The notes: a model not told the origin generated them from the letters alone. A stretch of DNA of 24,695 bases from a virus (IMGVR_UViG_3300037502_000876:1-24695), one strand, 5' to 3'. Shown: positions 15,103 to 24,695, numbered from the stretch's first letter. Made by a program: numbers and translations.

Positions 15103-15672
15103 ATGACAACACTTGCTGCTATTCAAGGCGACGGATGGTCTGTCATTGGATGCGACTCACGCTCTTCAGATGATTCTGGTCGTCCAATCGATATGGCTAC
15201 GCCAAAGATTGTTGAGAACAACGGAATATTAATTGCAGGCTCTGGCGCAGGTCGAGGCTCAAATCTATTACAATATGGATGGAAAGCACCGAAACCAGGA
15301 GCAGGCGAAAATCTAGATTTATTTGTTACAAAGAAATTCATACCTGCCATGCGTAAACTGTTTATCGATGCAGGTTACGACATGAAAGAGGACGGCGATG
15401 CGGCAGCGCATGATTCACAATTTCTTATTAGCATTCGCGGAATCATTTATCCTATTTTTGAGGATTACTCTTGGGACCGTGATGTTCGCGGTATCTATTA
15501 TTCTGGTAGCGGTGGGGACATCGCTATTGGTGTTATGGAAGCACTTAGAGTTGACAGGGTTGAAACTGCAACACAAGCAGAAAAAATTATTAAAAAAGCG
15601 ATAAGTATATCAACTAAATGGGATATCTATACTGGTGGCCCAATAGTTACTAAAATACAATATTCTAAGTAG
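15103..15672 (+). CDS. Proteasome-beta/HslV-like threonine Ntn hydrolase
   Basis: N-terminal (M)TT, GCDSR, KI, IAGSG, SGSGG, DIYTGG motifs. Confidence 0.85.
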   Translation: MTTLAAIQGDGWSVIGCDSRSSDDSGRPIDMATPKIVENNGILIAGSGAGRGSNLLQYGWKAPKPGAGENLDLFVTKKFIPAMRKLFIDAGYDMKEDGDAAAHDSQFLISIRGIIYPIFEDYSWDRDVRGIYYSGSGGDIAIGVMEALRVDRVETATQAEKIIKKAISISTKWDIYTGGPIVTKIQYSK

Positions 15673-15680
15673 GAGGAACA

Positions 15681-16136
15681 ATGGCTGAAAATCGTGGAGG
15701 ATACCGCCCAACAGCGCCACAAAACAATCCAGCAAATGTTTCTGCTACTGGTGGAAACGGACAAAGCGGAACACAATCCGCAAAATATTATTCAGGTTTA
15801 GGTTATGGACAAGGTCAGGCGACAATGCAACAGCAGCAAGCAGCACCAATGGCTGGTAATGTTACTGCACCTTTAATGAATCCAATTGATTCTATGCCAC
15901 AAGTAACACCTATTACTGCTCCAACAGAGCAACCAGATGTGCCTGTAACTGACGGCGCAGCACTTGGTGCTGGTGCTGGAACAGAGGCTTTAATGTTGCC
16001 AACTAGTACAGATACAGATTCTGATAAACAAAGACTACTATCCTACTTACCAGCCCTGGAGGTCGCAGCACAAAGCCCAAATTCATCACAAGCATTCCGT
16101 AATTATGTGAGAATTTTAAGGGCTAATCTGCTATGA
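15681..16136 (+). CDS. Hypothetical virion-associated protein
   Basis: SD AGGAGG; Gly/Gln/Pro-rich; within the structural operon. Confidence 0.75.
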   Translation: MAENRGGYRPTAPQNNPANVSATGGNGQSGTQSAKYYSGLGYGQGQATMQQQQAAPMAGNVTAPLMNPIDSMPQVTPITAPTEQPDVPVTDGAALGAGAGTEALMLPTSTDTDSDKQRLLSYLPALEVAAQSPNSSQAFRNYVRILRANLL

Positions 16137-19100
16137 GCGAAAGAGAAGCCGCACAAAAAGCATATCAAGATTTGCAGAAATCTAAAAATCCTTCTGCCTT
16201 TGACACAATGGGTGCGTTCAACACTTACTATGCTGGATGGAATGTTAACTCATCTATGGCTTTGCCATTGGATATGGGTAAGTCTACTCCACCTAAGAGT
16301 AGGGCTGAAGCAGTTGCGTCTTATAATACTAAGACTCCTAATACTCCTAAAGAAGAAACAGGATTCTGGGGTAAAGTATTTATTGGTTTAGAAAAGGCCT
16401 ACAACTTTACAACTCAGGCAGTATCATTTGGACTTACACTGCCAGAGAAAAATAATCCTATTTACAAAGATGACTTTTCTTTCAACAATATTAAAGAGGC
16501 TTGGGATAAGTCTCGTGATATTTCTACTGGTCGCTCAATTCAGCGTACAATTTTTGGAAGACCGTTAGATGAAATTGAAAACGTATTTTCTGGTATAGCG
16601 AAGACTGTAAGTTTTGGTAAACTATCTGGAGCCGATAAGTTCCTGCAGGACCATATTCTTTTTGCTGCAAATGATTTTAATATCTTTGATAAGCAACAGG
16701 CAGAAAAAGCATTTAGAGAACAACTCGTGGGCCGATATACATCATTCGGTACAGATGTAGTTTCCCGATTTGTTCTAGACCCAACCATTATTGGTGGTAA
16801 GATAGTAAAAGGATATAAGGCTATCAACTATTCAGTAAAGGGTGTTAAAGAACTTAATGCTATTCTTGCTGGAGAAAAGACTGGATTTAGGGCTAATAAG
16901 GTAAAAGCGACTTTCAACGAGTTCATTACCAAGACTGATGACATGGATGCTACGGATTTATTCCGAGTTAAGGCTATTCGTGAGTCAGCAAACCCTGCTT
17001 CTTTTGCAGACATCCTAGCAGATGCTAACAAGATTGAAGATGTAGCACTACGTCACTCTACTAAAGCAGATATTATTAAGATGGCTATGGGTGATGCTGA
17101 TGCTGGCACAAGACTTATGGCATCTAGCCGCAACATTGCTGTCAAAATTGGTAACTTACAAGATGAAGTTACTGCCGCAAAGTTTTTTGGTGCAGGATTA
17201 GACAAGGCAACTGGTCAACTTACTATGGACCTTGTCAACAAGGGTCCTGATTTAGAGAAGGCTGTAGAAAATGCAGCCCTTTATGAGGATGAACTTCGCC
17301 AACTTCACATGAAGTTAAGCGCAGAAGCAATCCTTGACCCAACACGTATACCTGAATTTAATAAAGCATCTATGCTTCGTCAAGCATTTTCTGGAAGTCA
17401 GAAGTTTATTGACCTTAGAGCAGGCGCTGCTGGCGCACCAGTTCGAGTTTTAACAGGATTTTTCTATAAGCGTCCTCGTGGATGGATTGACTTTACTGAC
17501 AATCAATCAGTTCAGACTGTAGACAATATGCTTAGCCGTGTTCGCGGTATTGCTGGCCGTCAAGAAGAAGCCTACACTAACCAAATCAACATAGCAAAGA
17601 ATAGACTTAATACTCAGACCCTTACACCTGACGAAGTTAAACTTCTCAAAAAAGAAATTAAGAGTCTTGAAGATGATTTAGGTAAGGCTCGTTTTACGGT
17701 TGAACGTAAACAACAATTATTCAATGAGTATACTGCAGCAACAAATGCTGCTGAGCGTGCTAATGCTTTCCAGAAAATTGAACAAGAACTGTTTAATACT
17801 GTAGCAAAGCAATTTGGATTTGATGAGTCAGATGTCCGTGCAGCATGGGGGCTATTTGCTGGTGGACGTTCTAAGGCACACAACATTATCCGTGAGCGTG
17901 CCTATACTGGAGCAACAAAGACACTAGATGATGGTAGAGTTGTACCAGTTGGTGCAAAGACTACCCCAGTTCTTGGCTCTGAAGACCTTAAGTACATCAT
18001 TCCACTACCTTTGAATGAGACTCAGTTGGTAAAACAACTGCCAGTTCTTGATATCGACACAATGTACAACGCATTGAACAGATTATCTAGAGCACGTCGT
18101 TCTGAAAAGGTAGGCGTTTACTATAAGACTAGGGCTGGTGCTGTAGATTTAGTTGATGGCCTAGACTCCCTTATTAAGTTTGAGGTTCTTGCACGTATCG
18201 GTTACCCAGTTCGTAACGTTAGCGAAGGATTCCTTCGTATTATAACAACAACTGGACCATTAGCCCTTGTTGCTGGCTTGAGAGAATCAACTCGCAAGAT
18301 GTTTAACAATAGATTTAAAGATGCCTCTCTTGAAGATATGTATCAGTGGAGTGACGATGTTAAACTCCAGGCACATAGAGACGAACTAGATGCTATGAGA
18401 GATTTGGCTGATGACCCAGACCTAATCGACGCTCAAATTGCTGATATTGATAACATGCTTGCTGGTAAAACAGAGGTAAAAGATAAGTTTGGTTTAGGCC
18501 TTAGGACGATTGATGGTATAACATACCAAGATGCTCTAGGTGCTGGACCTGAACAGGCTGAGTTTATTAAGAAGAAGTTTATTGCTGAGTCTGCTCGTAT
18601 TGTAGATGACCATCTTTCCAATACTCGTAACAAATTAAACAATGTGTTCGAGACAACTGGAGATTTCGTAGTCATTCGTGGCGATGACCCTAACTGGGCG
18701 CAAGCATATGAGCGAGTCGTAAACCGACAGGTACGTAACTCTAAGATTACCCAGATTCTTTTGCAGAATAAGCCAAGAGAACAGGTTCTTGATGAGGCTG
18801 AATACTTCCTATTAAAGACCGATGAGGGTCGTAAGATTATGCGTGTTCTTGCTATGGGTAGAGATGCCCGTGCTATTGCAGAAGCAAACATGGATAACAT
18901 AGATGAACTGTTTCCTTCATGGGCTTCAAGTCTTAAAGAGATAGCCAAGACTCGTAAGATTACATATGATGATATTAAGAAGACTTTTGGTACAGATACA
19001 CTAAACTACCCAGCAGTTAACGCTGCTCAAGTAGGTGCTGCTAATGGAACACACCAAGCAATACGATATGCCTCTGGAATCCGCGATAAGTTCTATAAAT

Positions 19101-20788
19101 ACTTCGGTGAAATCCCTGAGACAAACCTAGTTCGTCAACCATTATTCGTAGATTTCTACCGTAAACGCATGGAAGCACTTGTACGTAACGCTATAGATAC
19201 ATATCCTGGTGATACAATTCCACCAGAGTATATACGTAAACTAGAGAACAATGCTCGCCAATGGGCTAGAGCAGAACTCCGTCGTACAGTGTATGATACA
19301 TCAGAACGCATAGATGCAGCATATACAATGCGTTATGCATTCCCATTCTTTGGGGCATTTGGTGATGTGGCTGAAAAGTGGAGTCGCATTGTAGTTAATG
19401 ACCCAACTGTTTTCCGTAAAATGGATATAGTTTACAATTCACCTGACCGTCTTGGTATTACAGAAGAACGAGATGGTAAGACATATATCAATATCCCTGG
19501 TGAATGGGTTAAGCGTATGTCTTTTGGTAAGGTTGAAAGACCTCTTGCTATTCCTAAAACCAGCCTTGACTTGCTATTCCAAGGTAATCAATGGTGGAAT
19601 CCAGGTGCTGGATGGTTCGTTCAAATAGGAACTTCATTCTTTATTAAGGCTGTTCCAGATGCAGAGCGACTTTCTTTAGTAAAAGAAATCCTACCTTATG
19701 GTCCAACTGGCACAACACCAGGTGAATTTACAAAGGACTTGTTGGTACAGAACTCAGGTGCTAAGCGTATCTGGTCTTTGTTTGATAACAATGACCCAAC
19801 ACGTCGCAACCTAACAGTACTTATCGCTATGGAAGAAAACCATAAGTATGATAATGGGCTTCGTGAGACTGCACCTACAACAAAAGAGATTGATACTAAG
19901 GTTAAACAAATCCTTGCTCTAGAAGCAGCGGCTAAACTTACCCTACCTTTTGCTACAAACACCCGTTCTCCTTATCAATTCTATATTGATGAATGGCACA
20001 GAATGCGTGAAGAAGACCCTGAGAATGCATCTCAGAAGTTCTATGATACATACGGAGAAGAGTACTTTGTATTCTCTACAAGTCTATCTAAGAACAATAC
20101 TGGTATTGCTGCTACAATTGAGGCAGAGAAACGTTCTCGTGAACTATCTGACCTCATTGCTAAGAATCCAGAATATGGTTGGTTTATCGTAGGCGATGCT
20201 AACTCTGGTGAATTCTCACCTAGCGTATATCAAAGCCAACGTGGTACTCCAGTTGCTCCTGGAAGCACAAAGAAGTTCCGTGAGTCACAAGACCCATACG
20301 ATGCAATTGCCGCTACTCAGGCAGAAAAGGGTTGGATTACCTATAACAAAGGTATGGATATCCTTGAGGCTGAACGTATTGGAAGAGGATTGCCTAGCCT
20401 AAATGTTAAGGCTGCCGAAGATTTGGCTGACCGTAAGCGTCAGTTTATTGAAGAACTTAGCCAAGAGAATCCAGAATGGGCTGAAGTTCGTGGTAAGATT
20501 GATACTCAAAAGGTATATAACTTCTTAAAGTTTGCTAAAGAAATTATATCTGACCCTAGAGTTTCAGGTAGAGCAGACCTTCAAGGTATGTCTGACTATC
20601 TAGAGGGCAGAGAATATGTTCGTAGTATTCTTGCTACTAGAGATAGTAAGTCTATTAATGCAGTAGCAAATCAAGACATCAAGGAAATGTGGGACACATT
20701 TACTGGTGGATTACTAGATGAATATATATCATTCAGTAGAGTATACAATCGTATTCTTGAAAATGATGATTTAACGAAAGGCTTGTAG
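16133..20788 (+). CDS. Large (1551 aa) probable internal virion/ejection protein
   Basis: ATGA coupling; helical Ala/Lys/Asp-rich composition; FPFFGA motif in the C-terminal third; function inferred from size and position. Confidence 0.55.
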   Translation: MSEREAAQKAYQDLQKSKNPSAFDTMGAFNTYYAGWNVNSSMALPLDMGKSTPPKSRAEAVASYNTKTPNTPKEETGFWGKVFIGLEKAYNFTTQAVSFGLTLPEKNNPIYKDDFSFNNIKEAWDKSRDISTGRSIQRTIFGRPLDEIENVFSGIAKTVSFGKLSGADKFLQDHILFAANDFNIFDKQQAEKAFREQLVGRYTSFGTDVVSRFVLDPTIIGGKIVKGYKAINYSVKGVKELNAILAGEKTGFRANKVKATFNEFITKTDDMDATDLFRVKAIRESANPASFADILADANKIEDVALRHSTKADIIKMAMGDADAGTRLMASSRNIAVKIGNLQDEVTAAKFFGAGLDKATGQLTMDLVNKGPDLEKAVENAALYEDELRQLHMKLSAEAILDPTRIPEFNKASMLRQAFSGSQKFIDLRAGAAGAPVRVLTGFFYKRPRGWIDFTDNQSVQTVDNMLSRVRGIAGRQEEAYTNQINIAKNRLNTQTLTPDEVKLLKKEIKSLEDDLGKARFTVERKQQLFNEYTAATNAAERANAFQKIEQELFNTVAKQFGFDESDVRAAWGLFAGGRSKAHNIIRERAYTGATKTLDDGRVVPVGAKTTPVLGSEDLKYIIPLPLNETQLVKQLPVLDIDTMYNALNRLSRARRSEKVGVYYKTRAGAVDLVDGLDSLIKFEVLARIGYPVRNVSEGFLRIITTTGPLALVAGLRESTRKMFNNRFKDASLEDMYQWSDDVKLQAHRDELDAMRDLADDPDLIDAQIADIDNMLAGKTEVKDKFGLGLRTIDGITYQDALGAGPEQAEFIKKKFIAESARIVDDHLSNTRNKLNNVFETTGDFVVIRGDDPNWAQAYERVVNRQVRNSKITQILLQNKPREQVLDEAEYFLLKTDEGRKIMRVLAMGRDARAIAEANMDNIDELFPSWASSLKEIAKTRKITYDDIKKTFGTDTLNYPAVNAAQVGAANGTHQAIRYASGIRDKFYKYFGEIPETNLVRQPLFVDFYRKRMEALVRNAIDTYPGDTIPPEYIRKLENNARQWARAELRRTVYDTSERIDAAYTMRYAFPFFGAFGDVAEKWSRIVVNDPTVFRKMDIVYNSPDRLGITEERDGKTYINIPGEWVKRMSFGKVERPLAIPKTSLDLLFQGNQWWNPGAGWFVQIGTSFFIKAVPDAERLSLVKEILPYGPTGTTPGEFTKDLLVQNSGAKRIWSLFDNNDPTRRNLTVLIAMEENHKYDNGLRETAPTTKEIDTKVKQILALEAAAKLTLPFATNTRSPYQFYIDEWHRMREEDPENASQKFYDTYGEEYFVFSTSLSKNNTGIAATIEAEKRSRELSDLIAKNPEYGWFIVGDANSGEFSPSVYQSQRGTPVAPGSTKKFRESQDPYDAIAATQAEKGWITYNKGMDILEAERIGRGLPSLNVKAAEDLADRKRQFIEELSQENPEWAEVRGKIDTQKVYNFLKFAKEIISDPRVSGRADLQGMSDYLEGREYVRSILATRDSKSINAVANQDIKEMWDTFTGGLLDEYISFSRVYNRILENDDLTKGL

Positions 20789-20789
20789 C

Positions 20790-21494
20790 GTGGGTGGTGC
20801 ATTAGATAATCTAAAGAATGGTAACACGGCTTCTACTGCTGGAAAAGTCTATGTTGGTCCAGGCAAAACAAAGACAATTAAGATGAAAAAAACTGGACAA
20901 CAACTTACTATAGAGTCCACTACTGCAAAGGTTACCGACCTAAAGTCTAGTTATTATACTGACCCAGCGGTTGAGGCTAACTGGATTAAGACTCTTCAGA
21001 AGTATGGTTATGGCACTGTTGACCCACTTAAGGCTGCAGCAATCTACGAGTTAGCAGTTGATGGCGCAGGTGATTGGTATCAGAAATCTAAGGGTGCTCG
21101 TCAAATAACCCCTGAGCAATATCTGCAATGGTATGCTAAGAACCAGGGTGTTGGTGACGAGAATAAGCCTAAGGTTTCTGTACAGAAGTATCTATTCCAA
21201 CCAGAAGAGATTCAATCTTTAATTGATGATACACTTAAAAGTGTTCTTGGACGTAAGGCTACAGATAGCGAGAATAAAGAATTCTATACTGCTATTCAAA
21301 GCATGATTGAAAAAGGAACAGTTACCACAACTAAGAAGGTTGGCGGAAAGACTGTAACTGAAACAAAGCCTGGCTATACCAAAGAGAAGGCTCAAGCCTT
21401 AATCAAAAAGAGTATAGAAGAAAAGGCTCCACAAGATTTAGCGGAGAAGCAAAGCCTTGACTTTGGCGACTTCCTATCAGGACTAGGAGGCTAA
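20790..21494 (+). CDS. Hypothetical virion protein
   Basis: 234-aa ORF tightly packed in the structural operon. Confidence 0.65.
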   Translation: MGGALDNLKNGNTASTAGKVYVGPGKTKTIKMKKTGQQLTIESTTAKVTDLKSSYYTDPAVEANWIKTLQKYGYGTVDPLKAAAIYELAVDGAGDWYQKSKGARQITPEQYLQWYAKNQGVGDENKPKVSVQKYLFQPEEIQSLIDDTLKSVLGRKATDSENKEFYTAIQSMIEKGTVTTTKKVGGKTVTETKPGYTKEKAQALIKKSIEEKAPQDLAEKQSLDFGDFLSGLGG

Positions 21495-21495
21495 A

Positions 21496-22311
21496 GTGGC
21501 AGAGACAGCATACGGTATTACCGCTGATTTAATTAGACAGTTTCCAGAACTTCAAAAGGTATTTGACCTATGGAAGGCTGGCAATACAACTGACGCAGAG
21601 TTAGAATACTATAAGACTAGTTACTATAGAAATCTTACTTCTAGTGCGCAAACACGTCAAAAGAAAAAGGCTTCACAGCCTGGTGTATATGCTCAAGAAT
21701 TTGAATCATATAAGTTAGAGCAAAAGAAAAGACTTGCTGCAAAGGGCGTAGTTGTAGATGATGCTACCCTGGAGAATGCATATCTTAAAGGACTTAGCGA
21801 TACACAACTAGACCTTAATGCTCTTATTGCCGCCAAGGGTAAACCAATTGGTGGTTCTACTCTGGGTAGTGTTCAGAGTCTTAAAGAGTATGCCGATGCT
21901 TTTGGTATGTCATATTCACAAAGAAGTTTAGATGCATGGTCTCAAGGTATCTTTGCTGGCACTACAACAACCGAAGATATTCAAGCATTAATTCGTAGAG
22001 ATTCTGCTAGTGCATTTCCTGGTTATGCTGACCAGATTAATAAAGGAACAAGCGTTGAAGCATTGGCTTCAGCCTACAAATCTTCTATGGCTAACATTTT
22101 AGAGATTGACCCAGATAGCATTACATTCAATGACCCTACTCTTCGTAGAGCATTACAGTATATTGGCACAGATGGTAAGCCATCAGTTAAACCAATCTGG
22201 CAGTTTGAAACTGAACTTCGTCAGGACCCTCGATGGGAAAAGACAGACAACGCTAGAAAAACTGTAGACTCACTATCATTAAAAGTCCTTCGTGACTTTG
22301 GATTGGCGTAA
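21496..22311 (+). CDS. Hypothetical virion protein
   Basis: 271-aa ORF, GTG start after AGGAGG. Confidence 0.65.
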   Translation: MAETAYGITADLIRQFPELQKVFDLWKAGNTTDAELEYYKTSYYRNLTSSAQTRQKKKASQPGVYAQEFESYKLEQKKRLAAKGVVVDDATLENAYLKGLSDTQLDLNALIAAKGKPIGGSTLGSVQSLKEYADAFGMSYSQRSLDAWSQGIFAGTTTTEDIQALIRRDSASAFPGYADQINKGTSVEALASAYKSSMANILEIDPDSITFNDPTLRRALQYIGTDGKPSVKPIWQFETELRQDPRWEKTDNARKTVDSLSLKVLRDFGLA

Positions 22312-22313
22312 AC

Positions 22314-23903
22314 ATGGCTGCTCCTAAAGTACCTATTGCTAGTACAACTACAGTAAAATCTGGACAAACAATTTCAGCAATTGCTGCCAAAGCAGGTGTT
22401 AGCGTTGCTGCAGTAGCGGCTGCTAACCCACAGATTTCTAACCTTAATAAGATTAATGTTGGACAAAAGGTAAATATTCCTGTTGTCAATACAGCAACAA
22501 AGACTGCGACTAGCACATATGCTGGTGGAGTAACTGGTGGAACTAATCCATTCTCTCCTACATCTGGTGTAAGTGCCGCTAAACTTGAAACTATTTCTAA
22601 GGCTGCTGGTATTACACCAGTATCACCTGCTGGAACACCTAGCGGTACTCCATTTGGTCAAGCAGATAGTGCAGCAGCGGCAGCCGCCGCTAAAGCGGCT
22701 GCAGATGCAGCAGCAAAGGCTGCAGCAGACGCAGCGGCTAAGGCCGCAGCAGATGCGGCTGCTAAGGCAGCAGCAGAGGCTGAAGCAAAAGCCAAAGCAG
22801 AAGCAGAAGCCAAGGCTAAGGCAGAGGCAGAGGCTCGTGCAGCAGAACTTGAAAGAATTAAAGCAGAACTTTTAGCAGCATCTGAAGCAGAAAGAGCAGC
22901 ACTTCTTGCTCAACTTGCAGCAGCACAAGCCGCAGCAGATGCCGCAGCAGCGGCAGCAGCAAATGCAGCAAATGCAAATGCAGCAGCAATAGCGGCAGCA
23001 GCCGCAGCAGCACAACAAAAAGCAGCAGATGATGCAGCCAAAGCAGCAGCGGCAGCAGCCGCAGAAGCAGAACGAGTTGCTGCACAAAGAGAATCAGTTG
23101 GTAAAATTGTAGCAGATAGATTTGCTAAGTTTGGCCTTGCAACTCTTGGTGCTAAGATTCTTGACCTTGCTCGTCAGGGATATACAGAAGATACTATTAC
23201 ATTAGAACTGCAGAATACTCCAGAGTATCAGCAACGATTTGCTGCTAATGCCCAGCGCATTAAGAAGGGACTTAGCGTCCTTACTCCTGCAGAGTATCTA
23301 TCCAATGAGGATGCATATCGTCAAACACTTAGAGCGTATGGTTTAACTCAGTTTGATAATGATGCATATGTAAGACAGTTCATTGAGAATGATGTATCTC
23401 CATCAGAGTTATCAACTCGTGTATCTATGGCAGTTCAAAGAGTTCAGAATGCTGACCCTGCAATTGCTAGAACACTTAAAGATTATTATGGAATCGGCTC
23501 AACCGATATGGTTGCTTACGTTCTTGACCCTAACCAACAACTACCTAAGATTCAACGTCAGATTGCAGCAGCCGAAATTGGCGTAGCCGCAAGAGTACAG
23601 GGACTTGAAACTGGTGTTGCTGTAGCAGAACAACTAGCAGCACAAGGAATTACACAAGCCGAAGCACAAAAGGGATATGCAACAATTGCAGATATCCTAC
23701 CTACCGCACAGAAGTTAAGCGAAATCTACGGAACAACACTTCCTGGATACAACCAAGCAGAGGCAGAACAAGAAGTATTTAATACTCTAGCCTCAGCACA
23801 ACGCAAACGTAAAGCACTGACTGAACGAGAGATTGCATCATTCTCTGGTAAGTCTGGAACTACGAAAGCATCGCTACTTAGCACAACAAGCGGACAATAC
23901 TAG
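22314..23903 (+). CDS. LysM-domain protein with Ala-rich helical stalk and helical C-terminal domain
   Basis: TVKSGQTISAIAAKAGVSVAAVAAANPQISNLNKINVGQKVNIP is a canonical LysM. Confidence 0.8.
   Translation: MAAPKVPIASTTTVKSGQTISAIAAKAGVSVAAVAAANPQISNLNKINVGQKVNIPVVNTATKTATSTYAGGVTGGTNPFSPTSGVSAAKLETISKAAGITPVSPAGTPSGTPFGQADSAAAAAAAKAAADAAAKAAADAAAKAAADAAAKAAAEAEAKAKAEAEAKAKAEAEARAAELERIKAELLAASEAERAALLAQLAAAQAAADAAAAAAANAANANAAAIAAAAAAAQQKAADDAAKAAAAAAAEAERVAAQRESVGKIVADRFAKFGLATLGAKILDLARQGYTEDTITLELQNTPEYQQRFAANAQRIKKGLSVLTPAEYLSNEDAYRQTLRAYGLTQFDNDAYVRQFIENDVSPSELSTRVSMAVQRVQNADPAIARTLKDYYGIGSTDMVAYVLDPNQQLPKIQRQIAAAEIGVAARVQGLETGVAVAEQLAAQGITQAEAQKGYATIADILPTAQKLSEIYGTTLPGYNQAEAEQEVFNTLASAQRKRKALTEREIASFSGKSGTTKASLLSTTSGQY
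22671..23070 (+). repeat. Coding low-complexity repeats (AAAKAAAD)n and (AEAEAKAK)n
   Basis: GCA/GCG/GCC-rich tandem codons; protein-level repeats diverged at synonymous sites. Confidence 0.9.
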
Positions 23904-23905
23904 AA

Positions 23906-23987
23906 TCCTGACATTGACCTGTCGGCCCAATGCAGAGTATAAGACCGATAGTAGGAGCCAGCCAGTTTCCCCGAACTGAACTGCGGC
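23906..23987 (+). ncRNA. Structured cis-regulatory RNA candidate upstream of the scaffold gene
   Basis: UCCUG/UAGGA encloses crossing helices CAUUG/CAAUG and CUGUCGG/CCGAUAG; followed by a CAGUU/AACUG hairpin. Confidence 0.5.
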
Positions 23988-24023
23988 CTGCGACTAACAA
24001 CGAATAGAAGGGTGGTAGTTGCT

Positions 24024-24509
24024 ATGAGCAACAATTACTGGGAAGATGAAGACGAAGACCTAGATACTGACCAAGGTTTCTCTGGTGATGGAAGTGACTT
24101 GATTAAAAAGTTACGGAAAGCAAAGAGAGCCGATGAGAAACGTATTAAGGAACTCACTGAGCAACTTGAGGGATTATCCAAAGTGCAGCGTGAGCGAACC
24201 GTCAAAGAAGTCCTGGAAAAGAAAGGCGTAAACGCTAAGGCTGCACGCTTAATTCTTAAGGACATTGAAGATGTTAACGAAGAGACAGTTTCTAACTGGC
24301 TCGATGATAACGCAGATTTGTTTGGAATACAAGTGCAGAAAGAAGAGCCTAAGATGGCAGAACAAGACCGTGCTGCTCTAAGACAGCAGGATGTTCTAAC
24401 ACAGGCCGCGTTCACTCCTGACAGAATGGAAGAACTTAACTCAAGAATTGACAATGCAGATTCTATGGATGCATTGTTAGATGTTCTTCGTTCACAACAA
24501 TCATCATAG
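24024..24509 (+). CDS. Capsid scaffolding protein
   Basis: Acidic N-terminus, coiled coil (LIKKLRKAKRADEKRIKELTEQL), immediately upstream of the capsid gene. Confidence 0.7.
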   Translation: MSNNYWEDEDEDLDTDQGFSGDGSDLIKKLRKAKRADEKRIKELTEQLEGLSKVQRERTVKEVLEKKGVNAKAARLILKDIEDVNEETVSNWLDDNADLFGIQVQKEEPKMAEQDRAALRQQDVLTQAAFTPDRMEELNSRIDNADSMDALLDVLRSQQSS

Positions 24510-24532
24510 TTTCTAGTCACTGGAGGTGACGA

Positions 24533-24695
24533 ATGGCATATGTATCAACAGATTCCGCTTCTTTAGGCGGAACCGCTGGTGGTGCTGGTCTAGTACAGAA
24601 GGCGTATGACCGTCTTCTAGAATTCGCTCTCCGCTCTGAACCACTAATTCGTTCAGTCGCAGATAAGCGTCCAGCCCGTCAAGCAATCCCTGGCT
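24533..24695 (+). CDS. Major capsid protein, N-terminus (truncated by the window)
   Basis: SD GGAGGTGA; MAYVSTDSASLGGTAGGAGLVQKAYDRLLEFALRSEPLIRSVADKRPARQAIPG open to the end; follows the scaffold. Confidence 0.7.
   Translation, partial: MAYVSTDSASLGGTAGGAGLVQKAYDRLLEFALRSEPLIRSVADKRPARQAIPG

Larger units (their letters stand above)
1..24695. mobile_element. Tailed dsDNA phage genome segment, probable actinobacterial host
   Basis: Terminase, portal, scaffold and capsid genes plus helicase, primase and resolvase; WhiB and FmdB-type genes; no host housekeeping genes and no integrase in the window. Confidence 0.95.

Noticed and set aside
16133-20788. Tape measure protein or virion RNA polymerase
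   Set aside because: No tail-assembly context or periodic aromatic repeats, and no recognisable polymerase catalytic motifs
22573-23087. Gln-, Leu- and Cys-rich alternative-frame ORFs
   Set aside because: Shadows of the GCA-rich alanine repeat
13299-24520. Minus-strand and alternative-frame ORFs inside structural genes (e.g. 18433..18948, 24035..24520, 14018..14437)
   Set aside because: Antisense or frame shadows without motifs or SD sites
1-24695. Integrated prophage with att site
   Set aside because: No integrase, host genes or att-like junction in the window; lifestyle cannot be determined

Overview
The whole window is a gene-dense segment of a tailed dsDNA phage whose host is probably a low-GC actinobacterium. 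The host inference rests on WhiB and FmdB-type genes, an actinobacterial-type SOS box and GAAAGG Shine-Dalgarno sites. Four blocks are visible. (1) 1-4310 (+): replication/nucleotide module with DnaB-like helicase, Holliday junction resolvase, split primase, Nmad1-like protein, metallophosphoesterase and a sigma-like factor. (2) about 4200-10277 (-): early/host-takeover module of small ORFs plus a transglycosylase-like protein, WhiB, class II glutamine amidotransferase and an amidoligase. (3) about 10280-11170: non-coding control region. (4) 11177-end (+): HTH-fused large terminase, portal, a proteasome/HslV-like Ntn hydrolase, large probable internal virion proteins, a LysM/Ala-rich protein, scaffold and the start of the major capsid gene. 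The most striking unexplained structure is non-coding: five leftward sigmaA-type promoters, four with phased CRP-type TGTGA-N6-TCACA boxes, plus a LexA-type box and GACAC (WhiA-type) motifs; a tRNA-like RNA lacking an anticodon arm; two pseudoknots; a 26-bp leader hairpin; and graded restriction-site avoidance. All calls are by eye and no database searches were run.
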